DNA of 64,000 nucleotides from an uncultured virus (IMG/VR IMGVR_UViG_3300020213_000019). Taxonomy: Duplodnaviria > Heunggongvirae > Uroviricota > Caudoviricetes. The notes beneath the pieces were generated by a model. That model was given only the letters and a program-made list of their open reading frames with translations. It was not told the DNA's origin and did no database searches. Positions within the stretch are counted from its first letter, which is position 1, and the number at the start of each line of letters is the position of its first letter. The translations under genes were made by a program, and so were the position numbers. The stretch is from IMG/VR virus record IMGVR_UViG_3300020213_000019; one strand, given 5' to 3'. Below, in pieces: positions 38,126 to 47,081 of the stretch.

Positions 38126-38899
38126 ATGTTTAAACTTGGCGGTTACAAACCATCACCAGATGATATTGAATATGTAAAATTTGGAACAGCTAGAACAGGC
38201 TTGGTTAAGCTGGCAGCTAGCTCTGATCAAGAATATCGTATTCCTGAGTTTACCCCTATAAGTAATCAGGGGTCATTAAGTTCATGTGTAGCTAACTCTA
38301 CATGCGATGCATTTGAAGTCTTGATGGGTGTATCTGGAAAGAAAGTAGTAGAACTATCTCGTTTGTTTGTTTACTGGAATGCCAGAGTCTATACACACGA
38401 TACAGATAAGGACGACGGTACATTCATTTACAATGCATTTGACTCGCTTACTAGGTTAGGCGTTTGCCCAGAGTCGGAGTACCCTTATCTGTCTAGCATG
38501 GTTTTTGCCCAGCCAACACTGCGTGCCTATAAAACTGCTAACGATAATATGATTAGCGGTTTCTATCGCATCGACAGCTACGGAGACCAAAGACTTAGGG
38601 ACATCGAAGCCGCCGTAAGGGCCAACCACCCGGTCGTATTCGGAACAGCAGTAGATGCAGTGTTTCAAAGCTCCATGGGTGTAGATAGAACGTTCACGAC
38701 CCCACAAGCAAGCATTGGCAATCATGCTATGATTGTTGTTGGGGTTCGACGCAATCCAGATCTACAATTCTATATTCGTAACAGTTGGGGTTCTGGCTGG
38801 GGCTCGAACGGACATTGCTGGATGGATTCAAATTACCTAGCAGCGCGTGAGACCTCTGACCTCTGGGTACCGACCAACGTAGATGAACTTATAGTTTGA
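38126..38899 (+). CDS. papain-like (C1) cysteine protease
   Basis: NQGSLSSCVA, LSRLFVYW, NHAM, RNSWG..WG..G. Confidence 0.9.
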   Translation: MFKLGGYKPSPDDIEYVKFGTARTGLVKLAASSDQEYRIPEFTPISNQGSLSSCVANSTCDAFEVLMGVSGKKVVELSRLFVYWNARVYTHDTDKDDGTFIYNAFDSLTRLGVCPESEYPYLSSMVFAQPTLRAYKTANDNMISGFYRIDSYGDQRLRDIEAAVRANHPVVFGTAVDAVFQSSMGVDRTFTTPQASIGNHAMIVVGVRRNPDLQFYIRNSWGSGWGSNGHCWMDSNYLAARETSDLWVPTNVDELIV

Positions 38900-38901
38900 T
38901 A

Positions 38902-38940
38902 TGAAGGCATTGCTGGGAATCGAACCCAGGTCTTCGGCGG
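38902..38940 (-). other. tRNA 3'-half-like remnant
   Basis: GCCGAAGAC-CTGGG-TTCGATT-CCCAG-CAATGCC; no matching 5' acceptor strand or D-arm found. Confidence 0.4.
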
Positions 38941-39016
38941 GTTGAGGTGAAATTAGTATGCCTCATTCCTCAAGGCGTCTGGTATGGTTTTCGAACACCT
39001 TACCAGTAAATTTTAT

Positions 39017-39161
39017 CATTATCCAAAAAGAATACCCCTAAAGGGAGGGGATGAATTTTTGTTCAGAAAAATAACCTTATATTGTGCGCCTTGCGATATC
39101 CGGCGAAATAAATTCGCCGGATACTTTCAGAAGCCTCGCCCTTTAGGGCGAGGCAGTTCAC
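39017..39161 (+). mobile_element. 145-bp miniature (PATE-like) derivative of the tnpB element
   Basis: TTTAT, left end with partial hairpin, both right-end hairpins, GCAGTTCAC. Confidence 0.92.
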
Positions 39162-39163
39162 GG

Positions 39164-39391
39164 TTACACGGCTTTCATACGGAAAACAATCCGGCCCTGT
39201 GTTGTATCGTACTCGGAGACTTCCACTTTGACGCGGTCTCCGGGCAGAATTCGTACTGAGTTTTGGCGAATTTTACCAGCCAACGTACACAGTACATTAT
39301 ACGTGGGATTCACCTGCACAGTGAATTTTCCCTTATTATCTGCAACAACAATTCCCTCAAACTGCATACGATCACGATCACAATTAACCAT
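39164..39391 (-). CDS. infA: translation initiation factor IF-1
   Basis: EG.V...F.V.....VLCTLAGKIRQNSVRILPGDRVKVEVSEYDTTQGRIVFR. Confidence 0.93.
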   Translation of the reverse strand: MVNCDRDRMQFEGIVVADNKGKFTVQVNPTYNVLCTLAGKIRQNSVRILPGDRVKVEVSEYDTTQGRIVFRMKAV

Positions 39392-40064
39392 TCCAGATTG
39401 TTTCCATAGTATCTAGCCCGATTGTTTTATACATATGTTCAGACTCGGACTTTAATAAAGATCCGAACTTATGATGTGCTGGCAAAGCAATGATCCACTG
39501 ACGCACATTCTCTAGTGGATAGATCGGTACAGGGCCTTTCGGCGAAAGCTCAATGAAATAACGAATGTTGATATGTTCTGCAATCATCTTTAAAACATTG
39601 ATACCGAGATAAAGTGTGGAAATGTTTTTATCCCACTTACCTTCGTAGTATATCCTCGTTCTGAAATAGTTATCTTTCCCGAGAAAACTTAGAATATATA
39701 CGTCATTATGAGTAATTTCATCGTTAGCTATGCATACGTATAGAAGTTTACTTATTGCGTACAGGTCCCGTATCGACAGATTAGCGAAGATATCGGTGCA
39801 GCGAACTCGCGAACGATCGATCTTTAGATCGTTGAAAATTAACTTGATTCTTTTATTTTTGCCTATTCGTAATGTATTGCAAAATTCATCAACCCACCAT
39901 CGTTCTAGACGTGGTGTCTTTGGTAAATTCTGCTCCGTAGACAACTGAGGCCTAATCCTGCACGATTGCAGTATGAACGGAATGCGTCGGTCTTCAAGAT
40001 AACCTGCCGTAACTTGTACGTAACCTTGATGTCTTTGATAGAACTTCTCAAGGGTTATCTTCAT
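39384..40064 (-). CDS. hypothetical protein
   Basis: 226-aa ORF. Confidence 0.75.
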   Translation of the reverse strand: MKITLEKFYQRHQGYVQVTAGYLEDRRIPFILQSCRIRPQLSTEQNLPKTPRLERWWVDEFCNTLRIGKNKRIKLIFNDLKIDRSRVRCTDIFANLSIRDLYAISKLLYVCIANDEITHNDVYILSFLGKDNYFRTRIYYEGKWDKNISTLYLGINVLKMIAEHINIRYFIELSPKGPVPIYPLENVRQWIIALPAHHKFGSLLKSESEHMYKTIGLDTMETIWNG

Positions 40065-40444
40065 TCTAAATCGTCTAATTCGTCAATAGCCCTACCATTA
40101 GCGGTAAGGTACAAACCTATGACTAAAAATCCAGGCCAAAAAACAAACGAAGTCGCCATCTGTCCAAGCACCGTTATGGTGCTATCACGAAGATACGTTT
40201 TTGATAACGCGATAGCTACAAATACAATCAAAGCCACGATCATACCAATTACCGTAAATATTGTTCTATGAAACAACAGCAGGTCTCCACCCAACAACAT
40301 AATACACGTAATCAATACCCATAGACTTATTTGTTTTGAATTAATCTGTAATTTGTATTTCTTATGTGTAACGGCCATCGCCGCGTATGTGGCAAATGAG
40401 AGACCGCCGTATAACGCTAAGAATACAGAATTAGTCGCGGTCAT
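40061..40444 (-). CDS. 4-TM membrane protein, paralog of 40431-40853
   Basis: Shared WPGF...LY...N.+AID. Confidence 0.7.
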   Translation of the reverse strand: MTATNSVFLALYGGLSFATYAAMAVTHKKYKLQINSKQISLWVLITCIMLLGGDLLLFHRTIFTVIGMIVALIVFVAIALSKTYLRDSTITVLGQMATSFVFWPGFLVIGLYLTANGRAIDELDDLE

Positions 40445-40853
40445 CTGAATCGAGTTCTGCCTTCTTTTCTGATGTGTCTTTTTTCATCTGATCATCAATT
40501 GCTTTTGTATTCAGTAAGTAATACAAATTGTATCCAATGAATCCGGGCCACGAAGCGAACAGTCCACCAATAGTTATGAGCAGAATTGATCCTGTCATGT
40601 GATGATGAAGGTTTTTGTACAGCATGAGCATGGCTGCCACTGCACATAATACAGCCCCAATAATCAAATACGTCTTTGGAGACTGGTTAATAATAATGAA
40701 GCCACCAATCATTAACTGAATCGCAATTACAAGCCCAAGTACGTCTTTCCAACGAACCAAACCAACAGCGTCTTTTCTAACTACCAGCATAGCCGCAATC
40801 AGAATAAGGTTGAATGCAATGTAGATTGCGTTAGTCACTAGATTCGTCATCAT
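40431..40853 (-). CDS. 4-TM membrane protein
   Basis: Shared WPGF...LY...N.+AID. Confidence 0.7.
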   Translation of the reverse strand: MMTNLVTNAIYIAFNLILIAAMLVVRKDAVGLVRWKDVLGLVIAIQLMIGGFIIINQSPKTYLIIGAVLCAVAAMLMLYKNLHHHMTGSILLITIGGLFASWPGFIGYNLYYLLNTKAIDDQMKKDTSEKKAELDSDDRD

Positions 40854-41454
40854 CAGTAGTTACAGCTCCGTCAAGAACATGAGGAATAGTTTTAATGTAC
40901 TGAAGGTAATCCTCAGTTTCAATTAGCTTGTTCCACAAATGAAATAGGTTACGTGCGTCTGAAATAGCGTTGTGTTTGCCAGCCGATTTTTTAAATACTC
41001 CGGTTAGCTTTAGGGCCTCTTCCAGATTCGTTTTAGGCTTCACTATCCCTTGCTTCTTACCAAAGGCTCTCGTCATTGGGATCGTATCGATCCATAGTTC
41101 TGCCTGGAAAACCTTGCCGTATTGAGCCCAGAGTGCATGTAAAAATCTTTTGTCGAAGCCAACGTTATGCACAATGATACATCTGTGTTTTGGAGTTAAC
41201 CCGTCGCTTTTAATGTACTGATCGAACGCCTCTATTACGGCAAGCTTCTCTTCGCCTTGGCGCAGGTCGTCATGCGTCTTCCCAGTGATCTGCAATGCCA
41301 TCGCCTGAGAGTGCTCTGGATGATGACATCTAATGGTCTTGTCGAACTGCACTCGGTCCTTAACTCGAATGCAGCAAAGCTGTGTAAGCTCGTGGAAGTT
41401 TATTTTTAATCCATTGCTTTCTGTATCGACAGCATAAAATTCTATTCCGGACAT
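40831..41454 (-). CDS. DEDDh 3'-5' exonuclease (second paralog)
   Basis: VDTESNG, HNVGFD, IDT, HNAISD. Confidence 0.88.
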   Translation of the reverse strand: MSGIEFYAVDTESNGLKINFHELTQLCCIRVKDRVQFDKTIRCHHPEHSQAMALQITGKTHDDLRQGEEKLAVIEAFDQYIKSDGLTPKHRCIIVHNVGFDKRFLHALWAQYGKVFQAELWIDTIPMTRAFGKKQGIVKPKTNLEEALKLTGVFKKSAGKHNAISDARNLFHLWNKLIETEDYLQYIKTIPHVLDGAVTTDDDESSD

Positions 41455-41473
41455 CTATATTCCAATCGTCACC

Positions 41474-41785
41474 TTAGTTAATAAAAGTTTTCGTTAATCT
41501 GATCATAGTAGAACCGGCATCCAATACGATAGCTTTGAGGCTACGTTTTCTGGCTAGTTGATGTCGCACGCCAGTTGGTTGCATAGTTTTCGTAAGCTCG
41601 ATCGCTTGCTCTGGGTTGTCAGCAAGTACTCTATAAGTAAGAGTGGCCGGAAGTAGAACTTCTACTTTGACATCGTATAATTTTTTAGGAGGCGGAAGCT
41701 TTGCCTCTGCATCAAGTTCAGCTTCTGATTTATAGTCGCCGTTTTTTTTCTTTAGAGCTACGTGTGCTGGGTACTTCTTATTCAT
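41474..41785 (-). CDS. hypothetical protein
   Basis: ORF in operon. Confidence 0.7.
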   Translation of the reverse strand: MNKKYPAHVALKKKNGDYKSEAELDAEAKLPPPKKLYDVKVEVLLPATLTYRVLADNPEQAIELTKTMQPTGVRHQLARKRSLKAIVLDAGSTMIRLTKTFIN

Positions 41786-42357
41786 TACGTTCCTGTTGAG
41801 CCGAATCCACCGGTTCCTCGTTTACCATTGCGTAGTGCACACAGCTGATCGAACTCTACATTGCTCACACCTTGAACAATCATAGGCTGGCGTTGAAATG
41901 GAATAATTTGACCTATGGCATCGCCAAAATTGATAACTAGATCGTGACCCATTTCGGTAAGGTCCGGAATATACTGGCCCGCAAAGACAAGCTCGTTCTC
42001 ATACGTCTCATCGATAATTCCACAAAGAGCATGAACTTTCTTCTTGGCGAAAGTTGAACTTCTCGGTTCTAATTTGAACCACCACCCTTCGGGACAAAAG
42101 GCACGGAAGCCGAGTGGTATTTTGAAGTATTGCCCGGCACGAAGAGTAATAGGTTTCTGGTCTACTTGAGCGGCTCTAACATCCCAGCCGGTAGCCAAAG
42201 GTTCCCCTTGTTTTGGAAAGAATTGTTTTGGAAAGAACACTGGCAGAAGACAATCTTGACCCACAAGAACCGTAGGAGGATAACCAAACATGGTTTCGAG
42301 GTCTGGTCGAAGGGCAAATTTATATACAGGGGTGCCAAGGGGTGTGGTCATAAACAT
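41785..42357 (-). CDS. dut: trimeric dUTPase
   Basis: GWDVRA, PRSS, GIIDETY, IGQII, RGTGGFGSTG. Confidence 0.92.
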   Translation of the reverse strand: MFMTTPLGTPVYKFALRPDLETMFGYPPTVLVGQDCLLPVFFPKQFFPKQGEPLATGWDVRAAQVDQKPITLRAGQYFKIPLGFRAFCPEGWWFKLEPRSSTFAKKKVHALCGIIDETYENELVFAGQYIPDLTEMGHDLVINFGDAIGQIIPFQRQPMIVQGVSNVEFDQLCALRNGKRGTGGFGSTGT

Positions 42358-42380
42358 GAAATCTCATCACCAGACTCAGA

Positions 42381-42387
42381 CTCGACA
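42381..42387 (-). promoter_or_regulatory. TGTCGAG intergenic motif
   Basis: About 24 nt upstream of dut start. Confidence 0.45.
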
Positions 42388-42418
42388 CATCTATCTATTA
42401 AATAAAGGTCATATAATT

Positions 42419-42751
42419 ATGGGATCTGCTATCATTGTAGTTAACGATGACCTCACCGAACAGGTCAAAAGCGTTTTCACTAGGCAACTGTTTTTAAGTG
42501 AAACAATTGATGGCGCTGAATTCGACGCGCGCGTCGTTGCAAACCCTAATTATTTAGAGTCGGTTCATTTGATGAACCTTAGGGTTCTGGTTATCAGACC
42601 GCTAACAGATACATTTAGCCGAGTCGACGTTGATTACGTCGTGTTCTTCAAAGCTGGGCTTGTATCGGTCGAGTACAACAAATATGGACCACCAGGACTC
42701 ACGCTGCCACTAGACCGCCTGTATTTGAATCGTTTGATTTTTAATCAGTAA
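42419..42751 (+). CDS. hypothetical protein
   Basis: ATG 42419, divergent from dut. Confidence 0.65.
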   Translation: MGSAIIVVNDDLTEQVKSVFTRQLFLSETIDGAEFDARVVANPNYLESVHLMNLRVLVIRPLTDTFSRVDVDYVVFFKAGLVSVEYNKYGPPGLTLPLDRLYLNRLIFNQ

Positions 42752-42798
42752 CGACAAATCGGTGTCGACAAAGTGCGGCGCAGATCATACAATAAGAC

Positions 42799-43233
42799 AT
42801 GCGTATTGGAATAGTTGGCAGTCGCCGCCGCATATCAAAAGAAGATGAAAAATACATCTTCGATCTGGTTCAGGAACACATTAACGAATTCGGTACAGCT
42901 TCGTTAGTACTGGTATCTGGAGGTTGCCCGGTAGGAGCTGATGCCTTTGCCGAGCGCGCCGCCGATTATTTTGGCGTATCTATATTGGTTCACTATCCAG
43001 TAAAGCTTCCTAAGGTAAAGAGCCGTTACGAGGCAGCTGAGCGCAATTTCGAACGCAATAGAAAGATAGCTCGCGATTCCGATATCGTGTTCGCTGAGAT
43101 TGCTCCGGATAGAACGGGCGGGACAGAGAATACTCTCAAGCATGCTAAAGAATTCAATAAGAAGATCGTACTAATTTTCCCTGATGGCACGCGTCACATC
43201 AGCTACGAGCCAGAGACTTTAGACGAAGTTTAG
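42799..43233 (+). CDS. SLOG/DprA(Smf)-like protein
   Basis: IGIVGSR, VSGGCPVGAD..AE, RNRKIA..SD, TGGTENT. Confidence 0.82.
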   Translation: MRIGIVGSRRRISKEDEKYIFDLVQEHINEFGTASLVLVSGGCPVGADAFAERAADYFGVSILVHYPVKLPKVKSRYEAAERNFERNRKIARDSDIVFAEIAPDRTGGTENTLKHAKEFNKKIVLIFPDGTRHISYEPETLDEV

Positions 43234-43653
43234 TAATTTTTGCATCTCATCTTTGCCGCCATAACGATTGGTGAAGGCATCAATCGTATCGGCTACCGCT
43301 GACGGGCCAAAGATGGCCAAAAATAAGTCTTCTCTTTCAGCGTCTCTTTTGCGTATCTTACGATAAAGATTCATACGCGCCTTGTGTGGCATACCGTATA
43401 TTGCTTTGAATATTGGATCCTTGAACTTCATAAAGTAAGGCCTTTCTAATTGCCAACACAATGAAGCGATAGCAAGATCAAATTGACTGCACTGTTCTTT
43501 GGTAAGCAGGTCTTCATCAAGCAAAGCACCAAAGATATACAGGGCTTTGGACAAATCTACGCGAGCATTAGTGTTGAAGAAAGTGCGCTCTTTTGTTATC
43601 GTTTGAATCGAATTATATGCAAAGAGATAAGATTTGATTTGCTCTGGCGTCAT
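43219..43653 (-). CDS. hypothetical protein, tail QKLLNFV
   Basis: GAGG RBS. Confidence 0.75.
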   Translation of the reverse strand: MTPEQIKSYLFAYNSIQTITKERTFFNTNARVDLSKALYIFGALLDEDLLTKEQCSQFDLAIASLCWQLERPYFMKFKDPIFKAIYGMPHKARMNLYRKIRKRDAEREDLFLAIFGPSAVADTIDAFTNRYGGKDEMQKLLNFV

Positions 43654-43661
43654 AAATTACC

Positions 43662-44048
43662 TCAGCGAAAGTGCCTAACTACCGCAGCTTTATGAGCTAA
43701 CTTCTCAAGTCCGTCTCGACTTACAAGTAACCCGTCTATGCGGTGCTGTTCAGATATGTTAACGGTTATGTTTACAAGCTCGGATTCGTGATTGACTATT
43801 CCGGCCTTACTAGTTTCGTAATTGATATCAATGTAATGAAAATGTTTAAGTTGAACAGCTTCTCGATCGATTCTTTGTGGACCATCCCAAGCAATAGTAA
43901 GCCTAGTTATTGACGCGTGGTAATGACCAAGCGTTTTAGTACATAGAAAGTACGTTTCATTACCAGAGCGATATTCAACATAAATCTTACCACCACATAC
44001 GTAGCAATTTTTTCTTTCTTTTAGAAATTGCTGTAGTGTAATGATCAT
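43662..44048 (-). CDS. CxxC..C..HY family protein
   Basis: CYVCG...CTKTLGHY. Confidence 0.7.
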   Translation of the reverse strand: MIITLQQFLKERKNCYVCGGKIYVEYRSGNETYFLCTKTLGHYHASITRLTIAWDGPQRIDREAVQLKHFHYIDINYETSKAGIVNHESELVNITVNISEQHRIDGLLVSRDGLEKLAHKAAVVRHFR

Positions 44049-44578
44049 AGCAATACTAGAAGCCTTCTAGCACTAGGATCATTACTAAGGAATTCGATGA
44101 GTTCATTTTTTGCTTCTTCTGGTAGAGTTCGCACTAATTTAACAAAATGTTTGCCTTCTATTTTGCGATTAGTTTCCATCAACGATATAATAAAATGCGC
44201 ATTTTTCGTTTTCATTACCATCTGCGATGAGTAACGAATCGCTCGCACTTCACATTTTTTATTCATGACGGACAGGTTGCCAAGAGCTTGTCCGAAAACA
44301 TACGGTCTGCTTTCCATCGAACCTGATTCTTTAATAAAATGACCAAGTTTTCGTAGGACCAAATTGATCGTTTTAGGATCGGCTCTCTTCTTAAAAGATT
44401 TGAACCAGAAATCAGAACTTAATCGCAAAATCAAGTTGTCACGTCTATCCAGAACTAAATCTTCAATAAAGGTAAGATACCTAATATGGTCAGCATATCG
44501 ATTAATGATTTTGTATAATATGTAGACTATGAGCTGGCAGGCTAATACAATAACTACGGTGATTAGCATAATTTTCAT
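44045..44578 (-). CDS. N-terminally anchored protein, tail RRLLVLL
   Basis: TM at N-terminus. Confidence 0.7.
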   Translation of the reverse strand: MKIMLITVVIVLACQLIVYILYKIINRYADHIRYLTFIEDLVLDRRDNLILRLSSDFWFKSFKKRADPKTINLVLRKLGHFIKESGSMESRPYVFGQALGNLSVMNKKCEVRAIRYSSQMVMKTKNAHFIISLMETNRKIEGKHFVKLVRTLPEEAKNELIEFLSNDPSARRLLVLL

Positions 44579-44674
44579 CGTTCAATCACACCTATAACAC
44601 GTAAAGCCAGTCCACAGCTTATCGACAAATGATAAAAAGGATTAAATCTGCTGCTGATATAGCATCTTTATAGA

Positions 44675-45241
44675 ATGACTTTTATTCGTGAATTATCAGA
44701 ATTTGCAGCCAAATACGCCGAGTTGGCCGAGGCTAAAACTACTCCAGTTTTATCTAAACTGGAAATTGTTAAGCGTTTAGAATTGGCCAATAGTCTTATT
44801 GATCAAGACCTTGGGAATATAAAGCAGAACGAAGAAAGACTTCGCGCCGATCAGGCGGATCCTTCCTATCCAGATGAGTCGAGAGGCCAGCTCGGCATGA
44901 ATTTGAAACGCTACGAGGCTTTGCTAGAGTTCGTCTCGCCATCTCGAAGGGGCATGTATGGTCTGGAAGAGTGGCTTGAAAACGCGCTGAGCAAATTGAG
45001 ATCAATCGCTGCCGTTCCAGACATTGATGATCGTCAATTTCTTCGTGCTTTGCGCGCGCACTTCACAACACTCACTGTCTTTATCGGCAAAGAAAAAGGT
45101 CGTTTGGCTCAGGCAGGAATTCGTTTAGATATCGCAGAGCTATACTCTTTGGCGATGATCCGTAAAATAATTGGTCAGCAAATAGATGCGATTAGCAAAA
45201 CTCCAACCGATGCAGCTTCGATATTAAAGTCGGTTCAATAA
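44675..45241 (+). CDS. hypothetical protein
   Basis: Solitary opposite-strand helical ORF. Confidence 0.7.
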   Translation: MTFIRELSEFAAKYAELAEAKTTPVLSKLEIVKRLELANSLIDQDLGNIKQNEERLRADQADPSYPDESRGQLGMNLKRYEALLEFVSPSRRGMYGLEEWLENALSKLRSIAAVPDIDDRQFLRALRAHFTTLTVFIGKEKGRLAQAGIRLDIAELYSLAMIRKIIGQQIDAISKTPTDAASILKSVQ

Positions 45242-45804
45242 AAATTCTGAATTCGATTTTGCTGCAATTTCTTGATGACATCGTAGTATTTATCAATCGG
45301 ACACGTTCGATTAATAATTACGTTACCACCATCACGAACGATAACTTGGTTGGTCATTTTGACCCACGAGACTGATAGCTTCTGAGATAAATAAGTGAAC
45401 AGCATAGTGGTACATGCATTCACCAGCGCGTACTTGTGTGGATCCACGTCAAACTGAAATGTGAAAGCTTCTTTTAAACCAGGTTCCGAATTTGGAAGAG
45501 AATGTTTAGTGACGGTCATTTCAAGTTTCTTGATGCCCTCGAAGCTGAAAAATCTATGACCGGACGGGACTTTTTGTAACGGGCTGTACGTCATCGTCTT
45601 TGTATTGATAACGAGCCCAGAGAAGCGCTCTGCGTCCGCTCCGCTGTTTAGTGTGATGGTGTCGACACTCCATCTCCCTTCCTGCCCCAGTCCAACTCCA
45701 CTCTTTGTCGTGTCGTACACTACCATTGCAGGCAGCATCATCGAAACGATCAATACAGAGTTTCGCTCATTTAGCTTTTGTTTGAACAGAGTGAGTGAAT
45801 CCAT
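45235..45804 (-). CDS. hypothetical protein, tail NRIQNFY
   Basis: ATG 45804. Confidence 0.7.
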   Translation of the reverse strand: MDSLTLFKQKLNERNSVLIVSMMLPAMVVYDTTKSGVGLGQEGRWSVDTITLNSGADAERFSGLVINTKTMTYSPLQKVPSGHRFFSFEGIKKLEMTVTKHSLPNSEPGLKEAFTFQFDVDPHKYALVNACTTMLFTYLSQKLSVSWVKMTNQVIVRDGGNVIINRTCPIDKYYDVIKKLQQNRIQNFY

Positions 45805-45917
45805 AGCTAGTATGCTACACACACTTCTAAAGGCTGTCAATGCTCAGTCAGCATTGCGCCATCATCGCGTTGCATTTTGCGTCACTGCATTTATAAATGC
45901 GGCAAATTTGTTTTTAT

Positions 45918-45973
45918 CATTCTCCAAAAAGAATACTTTCAGAAGCCTTGCCCTTTAGGGCGAGGTAGTTCAC
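45918..45973 (+). mobile_element. 56-bp miniature derivative of the tnpB element
   Basis: TTTAT, CATTCTCCAAAAAGAATAC fused at ATAC to TTTCAGAAGCC...GTAGTTCAC. Confidence 0.9.
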
Positions 45974-46114
45974 ACCTAGTTGGTAACGATGTTCGTTTTG
46001 AGGTGTTTTGTCACGAATAGCGTTATTGTCACGCCTCACCTGTTTCATTTGTTTGTTAACATAGTAGCCAATAGTTCAGGTAAGTTACTGTTCATATGAT
46101 CAGTAATTATTGGT

Positions 46115-46155
46115 AAAGAAAAACCCCGCTTCCTATTACCTAGGTCGCGGGGTTT
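46115..46155 (-). terminator. intrinsic terminator
   Basis: AAACCCCGC...GCGGGGTTTTTCTTT on minus strand after 46177 stop. Confidence 0.7.
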
Positions 46156-46176
46156 GGAATTGAACTGAGGTAAAGA

Positions 46177-46581
46177 CTAGGCAGCTTTTTGCGTAAGCTT
46201 TGCAGGTTTTGCAGCAAGTTGCCCGCTTTCGCGCTTAGCGCGGATTTTCTGGCCGCAATGATTGCAACGCGGAACCATGTCTTCTTTTCTCGCCATTTTT
46301 CCTTTGTAAATTCCGCCATTTCGGCCCTTCTGCATCGTGCAGCGATCGTACGATTTGACGAACATCATGACAAACGGGGCACACAACGCCTGGGACAATC
46401 CGAGGAACCGCGCAACCCTTTCTGTAAGGGCCTTGAGCGAGATTTTCTCTCCTTCTTGAAGGTTTTCGATCGCGTGTGCGGTCGCGTCATTCACCTTTAA
46501 AATCACAGAGTTGAGTTTATCCAAGTGAAGTTGAGACACCTTGTTGCTTACTGAGTTAGTCGCAGTGGTAGCCATTGTCAT
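46177..46581 (-). CDS. basic hypothetical protein with CxxC
   Basis: AAGGAA RBS; KGRNGG, RCNHCGQ. Confidence 0.7.
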   Translation of the reverse strand: MTMATTATNSVSNKVSQLHLDKLNSVILKVNDATAHAIENLQEGEKISLKALTERVARFLGLSQALCAPFVMMFVKSYDRCTMQKGRNGGIYKGKMARKEDMVPRCNHCGQKIRAKRESGQLAAKPAKLTQKAA

Positions 46582-46784
46582 CGTTCCTTGTTGGTGGGTA
46601 AAGCTCGTCACGGTTTCGATCGAATATTCGCCCGAGCGTCCCCCATACACGTGCAAACCAGAGGCCAGTTTGGAATGGCGTCGAAACAGTTTTCCCCAAT
46701 GTCAGAAACACAGTAATGGATTGGGCACGAATGTCATGCGTTCTTTGTCATCGCTAGAAAAGTAAGCTCGGGAAACCGAAATAA

Positions 46785-47081
46785 TCAAGTCATGATTAGA
46801 AGGCGCTCACAAAGAGACATTCTGCCGTACGGTTTTATGGTCCCGTTTACATGGGCTACCTGCGTACTATTCAGATAAACGGCCGCAATTTTGGCATGAG
46901 TAAACATCGCCATGTATTTCTTACAGTGTTCACACTGTGCGTAAATACAGTGTTCATCTAGACCGACTATCTCATCAGAGATATTTACCCATTTGTGACG
47001 TGATGGCTTTACAAGCTCACATTGTAAATAATCAGAAAAGATAGTTTTCCAATTTAACTGAGGATTAACAGGCGTTTGCAT
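46785..47081 (-). CDS. LGH-like family, tail CERLLIMT
   Basis: RHKW..CEHC..C(-8). Confidence 0.7.
   Translation of the reverse strand: MQTPVNPQLNWKTIFSDYLQCELVKPSRHKWVNISDEIVGLDEHCIYAQCEHCKKYMAMFTHAKIAAVYLNSTQVAHVNGTIKPYGRMSLCERLLIMT

Noticed and set aside
9590..44670. AT-rich + GCAT motif upstream of some putative late genes (9612, 15565, 31050, 37814, 44675)
   Set aside because: Too short and degenerate to support by eye; needs motif statistics.
7542..45973. Repeated hairpin followed by unique sequence, read as a dispersed CRISPR array
   Set aside because: The repeats are IS ends kilobases apart with TTTAT targets; no repeat-spacer periodicity and no cas genes.
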